Positions 50,501-62,297 of a stretch of DNA of 64,000 bases are shown in pieces. How positions within the stretch are numbered: the first letter of the stretch is position 1; each line of letters begins with the position of its first letter. The notes beneath the pieces were generated by a model. That model searched no databases. It was not told the DNA's origin and was given only the letters and a program-made list of their open reading frames with translations. Location of the stretch: NCBI GenBank assembly GCA_001662655.1, contig KV460206.1; one strand, given 5' to 3'. Both the position numbers and the translations under genes were made by a program. The stretch is from Pseudogymnoascus verrucosus. Taxonomy: Eukaryota.

Positions 50501-51884
50501 GCGCTCCTTTTTTAGACTCGAAAGGAGCCACTCATACGATAGACTTTTGAGAACGATCCCATGATACACGGATAAGTCGACCCCGTTAGTGATTTCGTCG
50601 TCGTCGTCGTCGTCGTCATCGCCCCCTACCCGCACGAAGCTCTCATCGTTTCCAAAGACAGTGCCGATTTTGCTAGATTTATCCCACATTCTCATCTTGT
50701 CCTGTAGAGACATGCCTTTAGGACCACTTCGGCGGCTGTTAGAGCCGGCCCATTGTTGTTTACTAGGCAAGTATGCATCGTTCCCAGGTATATTTGTCTT
50801 GAGTATAGATGCGTATCCAGAATCTGTAAAGGGTCCTTCAGCGACTGCCTCATTAACTGCCTCATTAACTGCCTCATTAACTGCCTCATTAACTGCCTCA
50901 TCAACTGCCTCATCAACTGCCTCATCATTTTCACCGCAGAACATGACTTTGAGTTGCGAGATGATGCCTCTAGTAGAGCCTAATTAGTATATATTACATG
51001 CATGGGGTGTTTGTTAAAATGACTTACTTATGCTGCTTATGAATGAAGTACATTATATCTTGATTTACTTGACCCGAAGAATCATGGCCAATATTAATGG
51101 CAAATGCTTTGATGAGTGAGGGAAGAGCTGTTTCTAGAGTGTTCCAATTCGTAGAGTCGAAGTGATTTTCAAGTTTGCTGAAGATATCGCTGCATAGCTC
51201 GGAAATATACTGCTGGGACTTGGGTAGATCAATCGTAGTCGCGGCCGAATATAAAGTTTTGGCATCCTCTGTGTCTTCGTCTCTCATTTTGACGTTGAAC
51301 TTATAATCAGCGGTGCATTGTGGTTTATCGGGCAAGGGCGAATCGTTCCTGGATATATTCGTCTTGAATATAGATCCGTATCCAGAATCCGTACGGGGCT
51401 CTTCAGCGACTATCTCGTCCGTTACAGCAATATCCTCATTCAAACTCAGCTTGGGACGCTCCTCTAATTTGGATCCCTGTATACTATGTTCTAGCTTCTG
51501 CTCTAGAAATCTAGACTTGGGGAAGTTTAATTCAGGCTTCCCCGACCATTCCTGATCATAAAGAAAAGATTCTGTATCGAACTGTGTTGGCTCTAGCTCT
51601 GGCTCTAGCTGATATTGTTGAAAACTAAACCCTGTGAAGTTTGGTTTCGACGCGAGAGGGGCGTCCAGTTGGAACGGAGACTTGTTTAGGAGAGGTTGAT
51701 AAGTTGGGGCACTCAAGTGTCGGCTGTTCGCAGCTTGCAGTCTTTGAGATAATACGTCCGAGTTCGGAGAAGTCGAGAGTGGCTTCTCAGGCCACATGCC
51801 AAGGGTCCGTGTGAAATCACTCCGCGACTTGTCAGCACCAGCAATAGAATCGTCACAAACGTCTTGGAATGCAGCAGAGTCCAT
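47501..51884 (-). CDS. Large (about 1400 aa) uncharacterised protein, 4 exons, with C-terminal C2H2-like zinc finger and internal tandem repeats
   Basis: The four minus-strand ORFs join in frame through GT-AG introns (FIHKQHK|GIISQLKVMF; HRHY|VILPDN; IAE|DSEKSR), and 49389-49109 is open in the frame of the last ORF. Motifs include YLRQTWP, IAECAEQLAWL, QGFPISRRP and FACPFLK...C...KRIRDVKQHLTRRH. Confidence 0.8.
47750..48037 (-). repeat. Coding minisatellite, 16 x 18 bp, encoding (P/S)(S/G)Q(P/L)xx
   Basis: Unit GTTGACTCGGAGCAGGAG on the + strand; peptide runs PSQPPP to PGQPPV. Confidence 0.95.
50844..50927 (-). repeat. Coding minisatellite, 7 x 12 bp, encoding (D/N)EAV
   Basis: ACTGCCTCATTA x4 followed by ACTGCCTCATCA x3. 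Confidence 0.95.
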
Positions 51885-52525
51885 CGTGCTATTCAATGCT
51901 GGCTACCAGCGAACTCCAGCCTTGCCAGCGCTTAACTTGAGCTGCTACAAGGCCTCTGAGAGCGTGCTCGGCGACATGTAGTGAGTATACCAAAAATCGG
52001 TCACTCCTTGGAAATAGTTCAAGTCGTCATGGCGTAAACCCTCAACCTTCCCTCAAAAAGAAGAAAGCTGAAGGTCGAACTTCCAAGTTCAACATATAAG
52101 CACAAGGCTGTGCAGGCACCGACTGTGTTGAGGCGGACGCAGAGCACAACTGTGCTCTGGACTCTTACTGGCTGGCATATTTCTTATTCCATGCTCGAAA
52201 ACCAGCCAATAGGATTGAAAAGCACAAATGTGATAATAGTCCATTTTGACAATTTTGTGTTATGGGGAAACTTCGCCTTGTTAACGATCAGTTTTGTGCC
52301 TTTTGAAGGGTGTGTTTTGAGGAAGTTCGCTCACGATGAATTGTTCTTGATGAATTGTGCTTGAAGTAGACAGTAGAGAATTATTATAAGAACCCGGCTG
52401 TAATCCATAATTGACTGGACAATAAACCAGCAGTTCTAATCTTGATACAACGACAAACCAAGTGAGAACCCAACAGACCGAGACAAATACCAATATACAA
52501 CCCACCAAACACCCAAACTCCAACC

Positions 52526-52824
52526 ATGTCCACCGCCTCAGACCCCTCAGCAACCACCACCACCAACGGCAACGGCAACAAGTAAGACCCCCCCCAACTT
52601 ACCTCCTCGCACACAATGAAAATTAATTTCTAACCCACCCCAGCGCCTCTCAGAAAACCCCTTCCCTGATGCTCGACAAATACCTCGCCACCCCCCCATC
52701 CATCACCGAGAACCTCGCATTCCCTGGCCCGCCGAGGGCGGCGAAGAGAATAGCTGAGGAGAGGAGGAAGAAAGCTGCGGAGTACATTGAGGGATGGCAG
52801 ACGGAGTGGGAGAGGATGGGGTGA
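52526..52824 (+). CDS. Small orphan protein, 78 aa, 2 exons; not in the ORF track
   Basis: CAACCATG start; intron 52582-52643 (GTAAGA...CTAAC...CAG) restores the frame. Product MSTASDPSATTTTNGNGNNASQKTPSLMLDKYLATPPSITENLAFPGPPRAAKRIAEERRKKAAEYIEGWQTEWERMG*. Confidence 0.65.
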
Positions 52825-53723
52825 GGTTTTTGGGGCCATGGGAGGTTGTTAGATGAGGGAGGAATGAGAGGAGGAGTGGGGCGATGGTTGATGTATTTGA
52901 AGGACGCGGTGCACGTGATATTGCACTCTGGGAAAGGGGGCGATGGGATGAGGTTATTGGGGATTGGGCGATGGGTGTTGGATGAGAGAGGAAGTGAGAT
53001 TTGGAATGGGGCGATACCGGATATATTTCAAGGAGGTGGTGCACGTGACATCCCATTCTTCAAAAGGGGTTCGGGGATCTAGAGCGACAGCGGGATCGGG
53101 AATCAAATCCGAACCCCCTCTTCTCAGCACATGTATAAAAATATCACAAATATCACACACAACAAAAACAAAAATAGACATATGAAGGTCGTATGTATTT
53201 TCCCATTTTCAAATACACATACAAGTAAAAAAGCGCCATCCGTCAATCCATCTAACACCCCCCTTTTTCGCCCCCTTGCTATGCCCCACCCCTATCCTAT
53301 TTTGAGTCTTTCTTCTACTCCTACTCCTCCCATAACCAGACGAAGTATATCCCTGATAATAGGTCGAGATCCAGTGTTTATCCATCCATCCAACAATCCT
53401 CCTCGTCATCATCATCGTTGTCGAAAGTCTCAGAACAGAAAAGAACAAACACCACATCCACCCATCATCGTAAAGTCGGTCGGTCGTCGTGAGAGAAGTG
53501 CGAAGTAGAAGTGTGAGAAGTGAAGTGAAGTAAAGAAGAGAAAGTCAAAGGTGTGTGTCAGAGCGCGTCAAGGCCGACAGTAATATGTACAATTGAAGTA
53601 GAATCGAAAAAAGGGTGTATCAAGTGTGAAGGTGCGTGAAATCCGCGAGGTGAATCATGATGCGTCGTGAAGAAGTGTCGAATAAAGCATCCACAGCGAC
53701 GACAACGACAATGAAACATCCAT

Positions 53724-55103
53724 CTAAGAGACAAAAGTCTTGAACACGTTGCCAAGCGCCGACACAACACTGTTCTGCGTCAACGCCCCATCCGCGTAGA
53801 AGTACGCATACCTCTCTACAGCATCGTTAGAATCCAACCACGGGATAACCTCACGCAAGAAGTTCTCCTGGTCCTCGTTGCTTCCCGATGCGCCAAACTC
53901 AGTGATCCACAGCTTGCGTCCCTCAGCCGCATCACGCATGTCGTTGACGTGGGTCTTGAATCCCTCAACATTGGAGGCAGAGTCGTACCAATGCATTGGG
54001 ACGAAATCGACCGTGCATCCATCGCAGGCAGCCATGAAAGACTTGAAGTACGCGATACCCATTGGCGCGGGACCGTTCGTAACAGCCGGCGACCCAAGCC
54101 TCGCCTTCCCAGCGAAAGGCTGCATGAAGGTCTTGTACCCCGCCGCAGCAGTGCCAACATCGAGGTTAGCTTGCGAAGGAAGATCAGGCTCGTTGAACGC
54201 GAGGAGGTGCTTGCTCCCCTTCGCAATGGCGGCGTTGGCAGCCTCAGTCCAGCCGTCGGAGTGAATGGGCTGCGGTCCCCAGATCATGGGCACGTATTCG
54301 AAAGACGAGGGGATGGCAGGGGTGGTGGAGCCCCAGTTGTAGGCCCAGGAGACCTTGGAGTCGGCGCCAGTGAAGCCGGAGGCGAGGGCGGCGTTGTTGT
54401 AGGCGAGACCGCGCTTGGCGGCGCCGAGGACGACGGGGGGCGTGACAACCACGGGGGTTGGGGTGCTGATGACCGGCGCGACGGGGGTGGGGATAATTGG
54501 TGCGACGACAGAGGAGATGGCGCCTACGACGCCGGCGATGATGCCTTCGGGGTTCTTGGCTGCGGCGGCGGCAGCGTTGGTGGCGGCCTTCGCTGCGTCG
54601 TTGGCAGCAGCACTGGCGGCGGCCTTGGCTGCTTCGTTAGCAGCGGCTTGGGAGGCAGCGGCTTGGGCGGCAGCGGCTTGGGATGCAGCAGCTTCGGCAG
54701 AGGCCTTAGAAGCGGCTTCAGCATCAGCAGCACCAGTGTCGGCTACTGCGACGGCAGGGGCAACTGGGGCTGGGGCAGCGGGTGCAGCAGTGATGATAGG
54801 GGCTGGAGCCTCAGCAGCAGCCTTCGCTTTGGCATCAGCCTCGACCTTGGCCGCATCGGCAGCAGCGGCTTGGGTTGGAATGGCATTGGCGGAGGTGGCC
54901 GATGGGGTGACGAAGCTGGTTCCGTCCCACCAAACAGTCACCCAGTCGGTGACGGTGTTGACTACCACAACATCTCTCTCCACGAGGGTAGCATCACGCT
55001 TTGCGGCGGCGTGGAGGTGTCTGTGCCCCCTGTGAGGGACAGCGAGGACACTGCTGGACAGCAAGGAGGCGGCGAGGGCGATTGTCGGAAGAGAGAAGAA
55101 CAT
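53724..55103 (-). CDS. Secreted GH128 (Asl1-like) beta-1,3-glucanase with an Ala/Pro-rich linker, intronless
   Basis: Signal peptide, then KRGLAYN, WAYNWG, YVPMIWG, LLAFNEPD (acid/base), VDFVPMHWY, LWITEFG (nucleophile) and VERYAYF. Confidence 0.93.
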   Translation of the reverse strand: MFFSLPTIALAASLLSSSVLAVPHRGHRHLHAAAKRDATLVERDVVVVNTVTDWVTVWWDGTSFVTPSATSANAIPTQAAAADAAKVEADAKAKAAAEAPAPIITAAPAAPAPVAPAVAVADTGAADAEAASKASAEAAASQAAAAQAAASQAAANEAAKAAASAAANDAAKAATNAAAAAAKNPEGIIAGVVGAISSVVAPIIPTPVAPVISTPTPVVVTPPVVLGAAKRGLAYNNAALASGFTGADSKVSWAYNWGSTTPAIPSSFEYVPMIWGPQPIHSDGWTEAANAAIAKGSKHLLAFNEPDLPSQANLDVGTAAAGYKTFMQPFAGKARLGSPAVTNGPAPMGIAYFKSFMAACDGCTVDFVPMHWYDSASNVEGFKTHVNDMRDAAEGRKLWITEFGASGSNEDQENFLREVIPWLDSNDAVERYAYFYADGALTQNSVVSALGNVFKTFVS

Positions 55104-57500
55104 GGTGATGAATTGAGGGATGCTCTGTTGGTGTTGTTTAGTTTAAGAGGATGTGATCTTCGCGGGAAGAAGATTCTTTGCAGTACTGTGCGTGGGAGAT
55201 GATTGTCTCGACGCGTCGTGGGAGGTGGAGTGTAGATCGATCTTGTTTTGTGATTTTGTGTCTTAAAGTGTGTGTTGATACCGTCAAGGTAAGGCACTGG
55301 CGCAGCAGTGGGGATGGAATTGAGTGAAATAAAGGAATGTGATATAAGAATCAAGAACCAAGAGTCAACTGTATAATCAGATCACGGATCTTGATTCCAG
55401 CAGCGAGGGGGGTAAAAGAACGAAAAGGAGTGTGGTGATGTTACTGAGAGAAGTAACAACGGGGTGGTGAGGAGAAGAAGAGGAAGAAGAGGAAGAAGGA
55501 CGAACGAAGAGAGTGAATTTGGAGGATGTATGTGTTTTTCCGTGGGACTCTAGCTAGCGAATTAGAGGGGGGAGGTTAGGAGGAGGGGGAAGAGTTTCGG
55601 GTGGCATATACGTCTGACGCCTAACATAACACAATCACACCAAGTAGAATGAGGTAGAGCACAAGAGAGTTTAGAGAAAGAGGACAAGGATTGCAGTATG
55701 ATACAGAGTGGTAGAGCATGTAACACAAGTCTGGCTTCAGAGTAAGAGTACAAGGACGGTACACGAAATAGTACTTTTTGCGGCAGATGGGGGGGATGAA
55801 GGACAAAGAATGAGTATAGCGCGTATACAGACCAGATAGCGCCGAGATATGACACGCTTGCAAGGAAGAGAAAAGGCTTCTTTTCGATATTTAGCGTCAG
55901 GTACAGCGCATCAGAGGGCATCAGGGAGTCTAGACGGAGTGGATTGTGCAGTAACTTACCATACCAGGTGAAGCGTGCACTCTAACAAACGTGTACCGAT
56001 GGCACTGGCCACGATCGAGGGGCTTGATCCTGGCTTCAACCTCAAACACGGAATCCCAGCCAGCGGGACATCCAGGAACAACCAACCCAGGCACCCAGCC
56101 AATCCCCAGCGACGATTCCCATGCAGTCTTACTCCCCACTGTTCCACCATGCCGTCGACCATAGTTGGTTCTCCCTCCTTGGCTGTCAGAGAAAGCGACA
56201 GGACGGACAGCGACAGCGGATATGACGAACAAAAAGGCGGGTACCTGACACGTCGTGCAGTCTTGTGTAAGGTACAGGTCAGAAATTGGCAGGTACAGAT
56301 ACAATACAAACAAACTCAGGCAGGAGACAGGAGACAGCACAGATAACACCATACCAGTAGCCAGTACCAAGTGACGATCGATGAGCGACAGCGCTGATCC
56401 GATGCCGACGACCGAAGATGCGACGAGACGACGACGCCTTTGTCTCCACTACTGGGAAGTAGATAGCGCACACTGCAAATAGCGAGTTTCCATTCGCGCG
56501 CGGGCCTTCTCTTGCGGTGTACAGGATAAAAACAAGGACAGTGCAGAAGTACAGACAACAAGGGCGTTTATTATCCCCAGCTGGTGGGAATCATGGGATT
56601 CGTGGGAATGTGGGAGGAGGGACGAGGGGGAATGAAAGGTCAAAGGACGTTGGTTGTTTCTCATGTTCCGGCCCGCCGCGTTTCGAAACATGCGTCAGCG
56701 AGGTCCACTAACGACGGGTACAGTATAGTGCCGCCAGCAACGGATGGGCTACCGGCGCGTAAGCCAATGATGGGGAGGATGGCGAGTGGCGAGTGGATGA
56801 CAGTGGATGACAGAGTCGAGACTGAACGATCGACTGTGCTGTGCGACGAGATATTCAACAACGACCTCTTCATCAACCGCATCTGTGTCCTGTCCTGTGC
56901 TACTGTCGATGCGCCGTGTATCTCCCTATCACCAAATCCCTTGGACCACGCCCCATCACACAGCATCACACAATCCCATACGCGCTCACCCTACGTCAGC
57001 CTGTCGGTCAGCAAGCGGTAAGCGGGTAGCGTCCCGGAACGACGCGACGGTGGGACGGGCCACGTCCTCGGACATGACCAGAGACCAGACCAGACATTTC
57101 TCCACTTAGGGCGGTCGATGCAAGGCTCAGGAGGAGATGGGGAGAGACATTTTCGGAGATTATTTAGGCGCAGAGACAGGTACGAGTGTGCCACAGCCAA
57201 TGTCGGTGCGCTGTTCGTCTGTTGTTCGGCGGGTGTCTGACTCGGGGTGAGACGGGGGAGTGGGACGGACTAGATGAGGCCGTGGTGGTGATACCGCGTT
57301 GGTGGGCGGGTGTGAGTACGCGCTTTGCTGAATATATCTGCGGCCAGCGAATCCCTTGGCTGCCACTTGGTGAGATAAAACTGTAGTAAAACTGTGAGTA
57401 TAATTCCAGGTTTGTTGGTGTCACGTGACGGTGTGTCATTTACCACCGGTCTAGACCAATCTCCGTGAAAGTGAGTCTGGGGGTTGACTGGGTATGACTG

Positions 57501-57732
57501 GCATGGTTGAGATTATATGACATGGCTAAGATTATATGACACGGTCGAGATTGGTAGGCCTGATTGACTATTTATTCTGTCAATTGTTATTAAACATGGC
57601 CAAGATTTATTAGACATAGCCAAGATAATTATATATGGCTGAAATTCCTAGAAATGATCAAGTTAACTTGACGTGGTCAAACTGGTAGACATACTCAATT
57701 ATTTGGCCAGAACTATTAAACAGGCCAAGATT
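57501..57732. repeat. Degenerate AT-rich minisatellite, 19-20 bp unit, consensus about CATGGCCAAGATTATATGA, roughly 9-10 copies
   Basis: catggttgagattatatga catggctaagattatatga cacggtcgagatt ... catggccaagatttattaga catagccaagataattata tatggctgaaatt ... caggccaagatt. Confidence 0.75.
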
Positions 57733-58211
57733 GTCAGCATCCGACACGTTCGACAACAAGATTACAAGAAGCACCACAAATGACAAAACGAAACCGCTGA
57801 GAGGGGGAACATAGAACACAGATCACATGAGAAACCAAAGGTACTCTGCTCTGCCATCCCATATTGACAATATTAAAATGTTGAATTGAATTGCAGTCTG
57901 CTGGGTATACGCGTCTCGCCCCCCCGGCCCTCACCATGGCTGATTATGTACTGCAAGGTAAGATTACCACTGCCCATCCGCCCGCCCCTCTCTCATCTCC
58001 ATCGTTCCTTCCCTCTCATACTTTCCTTCAATCATCGATCGTGCCTTCCTTCATACCTTCCCAATTGCACCCTTCCTGCCTTCCCTCATACCCCCCCAAT
58101 TGCACCCTTCGTGCCTTCCCTCATACCCTCTCAATTACCCTCCCTCGCTCCTTCCAATCACATATAATACCCCCCCGCCCCAATTACACATTACTTCCCC
58201 CCCCCCCCACA

Positions 58212-60902
58212 TTACTCCTCATACCCCCCTTCCCCACCCCCATCCAACCCTAACCCAGCAAACCCAACACCCAACCCCATCCCCATCAATCCACCCCCAT
58301 TATCATTACCCTCCGCGCCCATGCGCATAGCCCACCGCCATCTGGCGACTAAATTGCTCATCTCGGCGCCTTCGGCTTCGGTGGAGGCGGTTAGGAGGAG
58401 TTGCGTGAGGAAGGCGGAGGCGATGGCGAAGTTGGCGCGGGACCCTGTGGGGGTGGTTAGCTCTGTGGGTCGTGGGTTGGCGGGGGGAGGGGAGAGAGGA
58501 AACTAATGGAAGAGGGGCTGGGGGTGAGGAAGGAGAGAATGGGGAGATGGGACGAAGGGAAGAGCGAGGAAGGAACGGGGGAAAGAACGAGGGGAGGATC
58601 AGAAGGTGAGTGAGGGAAGGAACAGGTTGGGGTGGCAGGGGGGAAGCGGGGGAAGGAGCGAACGAAGGGTGAGGAAGGAACGGGGAGAAGTGGGGGAGAC
58701 GGGGGAAGGAGCGAAGGAAGGGTGGGGAAAAGGGGTAAGGGGATATAACGAAAAAAAGCTATGGGGAAAGAACGAAGGAGAAGGGAAAAAACAAAAGAAG
58801 AAAGAGCATAGATAATACCCTCCCCCCAGAAAAAAATCCAAAACATACAACTATGCCAAAATCCCTCCACCCCCCCGGCCCCCGCCAATCCCTCCACAAA
58901 CACCACCGCCTCCTCCGCACACTCCCTCGCCCCTGCTCTCACCGCCCCTCCACTCCCCATCCCCATTTCCTGCCCCGCTCCACCCCCTTCAAGCGGCCTC
59001 ATCAGTCCACGAAATAACGTCATATTCGCAACCAAATACCCCAAATACAACCCCGCGTCCCCTCCTCCCCTCCTAACCGGCGCACCCCTCACAAACAACG
59101 CCCTCGGCAACCCCTCACTCCACGCATCGAGGCGTGCGCGTAGACCCCGCCCGAGATCGAGGGATAGTGCGAAATTAGAGGCGGTGCGCTGCGTGGCGCG
59201 GACGGAGAAATAGGAGTCTAGTATATCTGCGACGATGGAGGATAGGTCAGCGAGGAGCCTGAAATTCGTAGGAGCGTCACTGCCGTCGTCAGGGCCGAGC
59301 GCGGGCTCCAGATCCGCAGGCCAGAGGGGCGGGACGTCCGCGTCGTCCGTGCGGATGCAACTCGGCGTCCCGAGAGTCAGGGCGGTCCATTTATCAGTGA
59401 TGAAAACGGCGTGCCATAGCCGTTTCCGCAGTGCGAGGTCGGGCGCGGGGAGAGACCAGGATGTAGAGTCGTGGGAGAGACCCAGGGAGTGAGCGAGGGA
59501 GACTGCTGTTGCGACGAGGGCGGGGCGGAATGGAGTATGTTGCGCGGGACGATGGAGGAGGAGGAGCACAGCTTGTAGGGTTGCGGGGCGGGGATTGTGA
59601 AGTTCATGTGTTAGCGCCAGATGCGCGGTGCGGTAGAGTTGAGTAGATGGATCCGGGGCGTGAGCGAGTGACGGCGCGAGGAGCGCGTCGTAAGGGGTGT
59701 ATGGGAGGGCGGTTGCGTAGAGTGTGGCAGTGAGGGAGAGGGGCAAGGCGTCGAGAGCGGCGCGGGAGATGAGTCCGTTGACGAAGAGGGAGGCGCGAGC
59801 GAGGATCGGGAGGTATGGGTCTACGAAGCGGAAGTAGAGCCCCAACAGCCGAAAACACTGCTCTGATGTGAAGAGTTGCGAGATGTCGTAGCGCGCCTGC
59901 GCGAGGACATGATCTTCGGTGCGTGGTTCGGCGGAGAGGCTGGCGCTGTCGGCGGCGAGGGTGAAGACGGGGGGTGGTGCATCTTTGGGGGTTGGGTGGT
60001 TGCTGGCGCTGGGGCGGGGGCGGATTCGTCGGTAGTGTGTTTGGGAGATTGTGCACTCGTCGTTGTCGTCGTAGTGGTACCGCCTCAAGAGGTAGGGGTT
60101 TGTCTCGCCTGTCTCGCCGACGAGACGTGCTGAGCGGGAGGGGTGTGAGTCGAGGCTTCGTTCGGGGGATGGGACGTCGAGATGCGGCATCTGAAAGCTA
60201 GCTGCTGCGGTGTGATCCAAGCCTTGATGGTGCTCATGATGCTGCTGGTGTTGATGCTGCTGATGATCGAGGAAATGGTCATGGCCGATTTGTCGCTCGA
60301 ACAGACGCTCGTCAAAATGCGCAACGTAGTTGGGGTGTAGGTGACCGGAGATGTCGCTGTCCTGCCCGAGCATTGGAAGCTGTGGAGGTTCTAGAACATG
60401 GTAAGTTGGGTGCCCCTTCTGAGACTGTCGCATCGATATGACGTTGAGACGTGATGATATGAGACCTACCGATATGCACCCTGGACCCCTCAGCTGGAGT
60501 TCCCGTTGCCGCTCTGGACCCTGAGCCCTGCGACGACGACGCCGCCGCCACCACCGGCGCAACCACACTCTCCGCTGGCGGCCGCCGCTTCTTCTTCGGC
60601 TGCTCTACAAACGTGCATTCGCGCCGGTGAGACTGGCACAGCTGGCATGGCGGCGCAACCTCGATCTTGCAGGCTACCTGCCGCGCGCGGCAGAAGTCAC
60701 ACGGCCGGTACTTCCTGGACTTGTAGTTGCGCGGCCCCGGGCCCGGACCGGGCTGTTGCATGGTGGTAGGCGCTTGCGCCGCCGGCGGCAATTCGAGCTT
60801 GACGCCGCCGGGCATAGCCGCAGAGGAGCCCGGTGCCTGTGGTGAGAGCCCGCCGTGGTAGTAGTCGCCCGGCGACAGCGAGGCCTGGGAGAAGGGATCC
60901 AT
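58212..60902 (-). CDS. Zn(II)2Cys6 transcription factor, Dal81/TamA-like, 3 exons (404-nt intron 58445-58848)
   Basis: YKSRKYRPCDFCRARQVACKIEVAPPCQLCQSHRRECTF; fungal TF middle domain LYFRFVDPYLPIL and LRKRLWHAVFITDKWTALTLGTPSCI; FWHS|WSRANFAIA...RWRWAMR. The first intron donor is uncertain (GTGCAT fits the frame). Confidence 0.88.
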
Positions 60903-62297
60903 TCGCTCGCTGGCCGGCCGGCCGAGGAGGTAGGTGTGTAGGGGCGGATGGCGCGTGAGGGGTTACGGGCTGAGGGGGGCGCACGGCAAGCTGACAGCGG
61001 TGTGCTGGGAGACGAAACGGGTCCCGCGACGGCGTGGGGCTCCGTGTCAGACCAGATTCCTGGGAAGTTTAATTCATGGCTGCTGCCGCGGTGCTGCTGG
61101 AGGATACGGATTCTAGTCGCCCGGCGGTCATGACTTTTTTTTTGCGCGGGTTCACCGCTGAGCTGATCGCAACGGGATGGTCCGAGATATACTCTATAGC
61201 AGAGAGTGTCGTCGGCTTCCCCTGGGCGAGTCAAGTGGATCCAATCCGGTGAGAGTGACGCCGATCGCTGGCGTGTTCGCCCTCACGCTGTGCGAAGGTA
61301 GGAGAGGTCGACGATTTGGTGCCAGCGTGCCCCAAAAGTCAAACACCCCCCCCTCCCCGCGCGCGCCCCTCCCCATCCTCGCGCCCACCCCCCCTCCCCA
61401 TTCTGCCCCCTCACCGGAAATGAGAATGCGCTGCCTCTCCGTATGCGACTCCCTTGTCTCTCCTCTGCGGCTGATCCAGCAATATGCGGATGCTAAGCCC
61501 GTTTCCCATGGAGAGATCTCCAGTGCGACAGCCGCTTTAGGCCCGCACTCATTTCCCCCACCATGGGCTTGGCCGTCCTGGGTCGACCCGCTGGGTTTCT
61601 CACTACCAAGATATCGGGATAGCTGACTCAGATCAATTCCTTTGCAGCCCCCAGTACCCAGGACATGCATAACTGACGGCGGGGCAGCCCTAGAGAAAGA
61701 GATTCCCATGCTCGGAATGTCTGGGCTGTGGCTGAACAATTTCTATCTTCAGCGCGCAACCCCCTTTTTTTTTACAGTCTCTCACCATTCCTCCAAGACA
61801 TTGCCGAGGTGAAGATAAGGCTATTGAATCCACTTCGCTTTTGCTCGGGTCTCTACGGTATGAAGATGCTCATCTCATTCATTATAATATCGCATGTACA
61901 TTACTATGGTTGTTACGATAATTACAATATGTTGGGCGCCATATACAAAGGCGCAGCTCCCAAAGCGAACGCCACTATTCCCTCCCATATAGAGTACTAT
62001 AAAGTAAGCAATCAATCTGGTCATTAGGGCCCGCAAAACGCCTTCCCAAACCGTCCAGGCCATGAGCCTAATTGTACTAGCCTTTCCCATGCGCCAGGGC
62101 CGTCCCACCGTACGAAATCTTATATATGCACCCGCCGTTTCATGAGCCGACAACCCGACGCCACCACGCCATCCTCGTGGTGTCAGCTGCCGCATGCGCA
62201 ATCTACACCAAAATCAAACCCCTAAACTGTCCATTCACCCCAATGCAGCCGTACCTGAAAAAGGAAAGTTTAATTTCGAGAAGGTGAGTGCTTTGGC

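Noticed and set aside
53949..55202. 417-aa and 206-aa + strand ORFs antisense to the GH128 gene
   Set aside because: They mirror Ala-rich, GC-biased codons and give low-complexity translations.
55560..57440. Assorted ORFs and a lone GTAAGT donor at about 55958 upstream of GH128
   Set aside because: No coherent gene model could be built. At most this is a UTR or lncRNA intron that I cannot support.
58457..58848. Stop-free read-through of the Zn2Cys6 ORF into intron 2
   Set aside because: The C/T-rich sense strand can hardly form stop codons, and the F/P/S/L-rich product is not protein-like. The conserved WSRANFAIA exon follows a proper acceptor.
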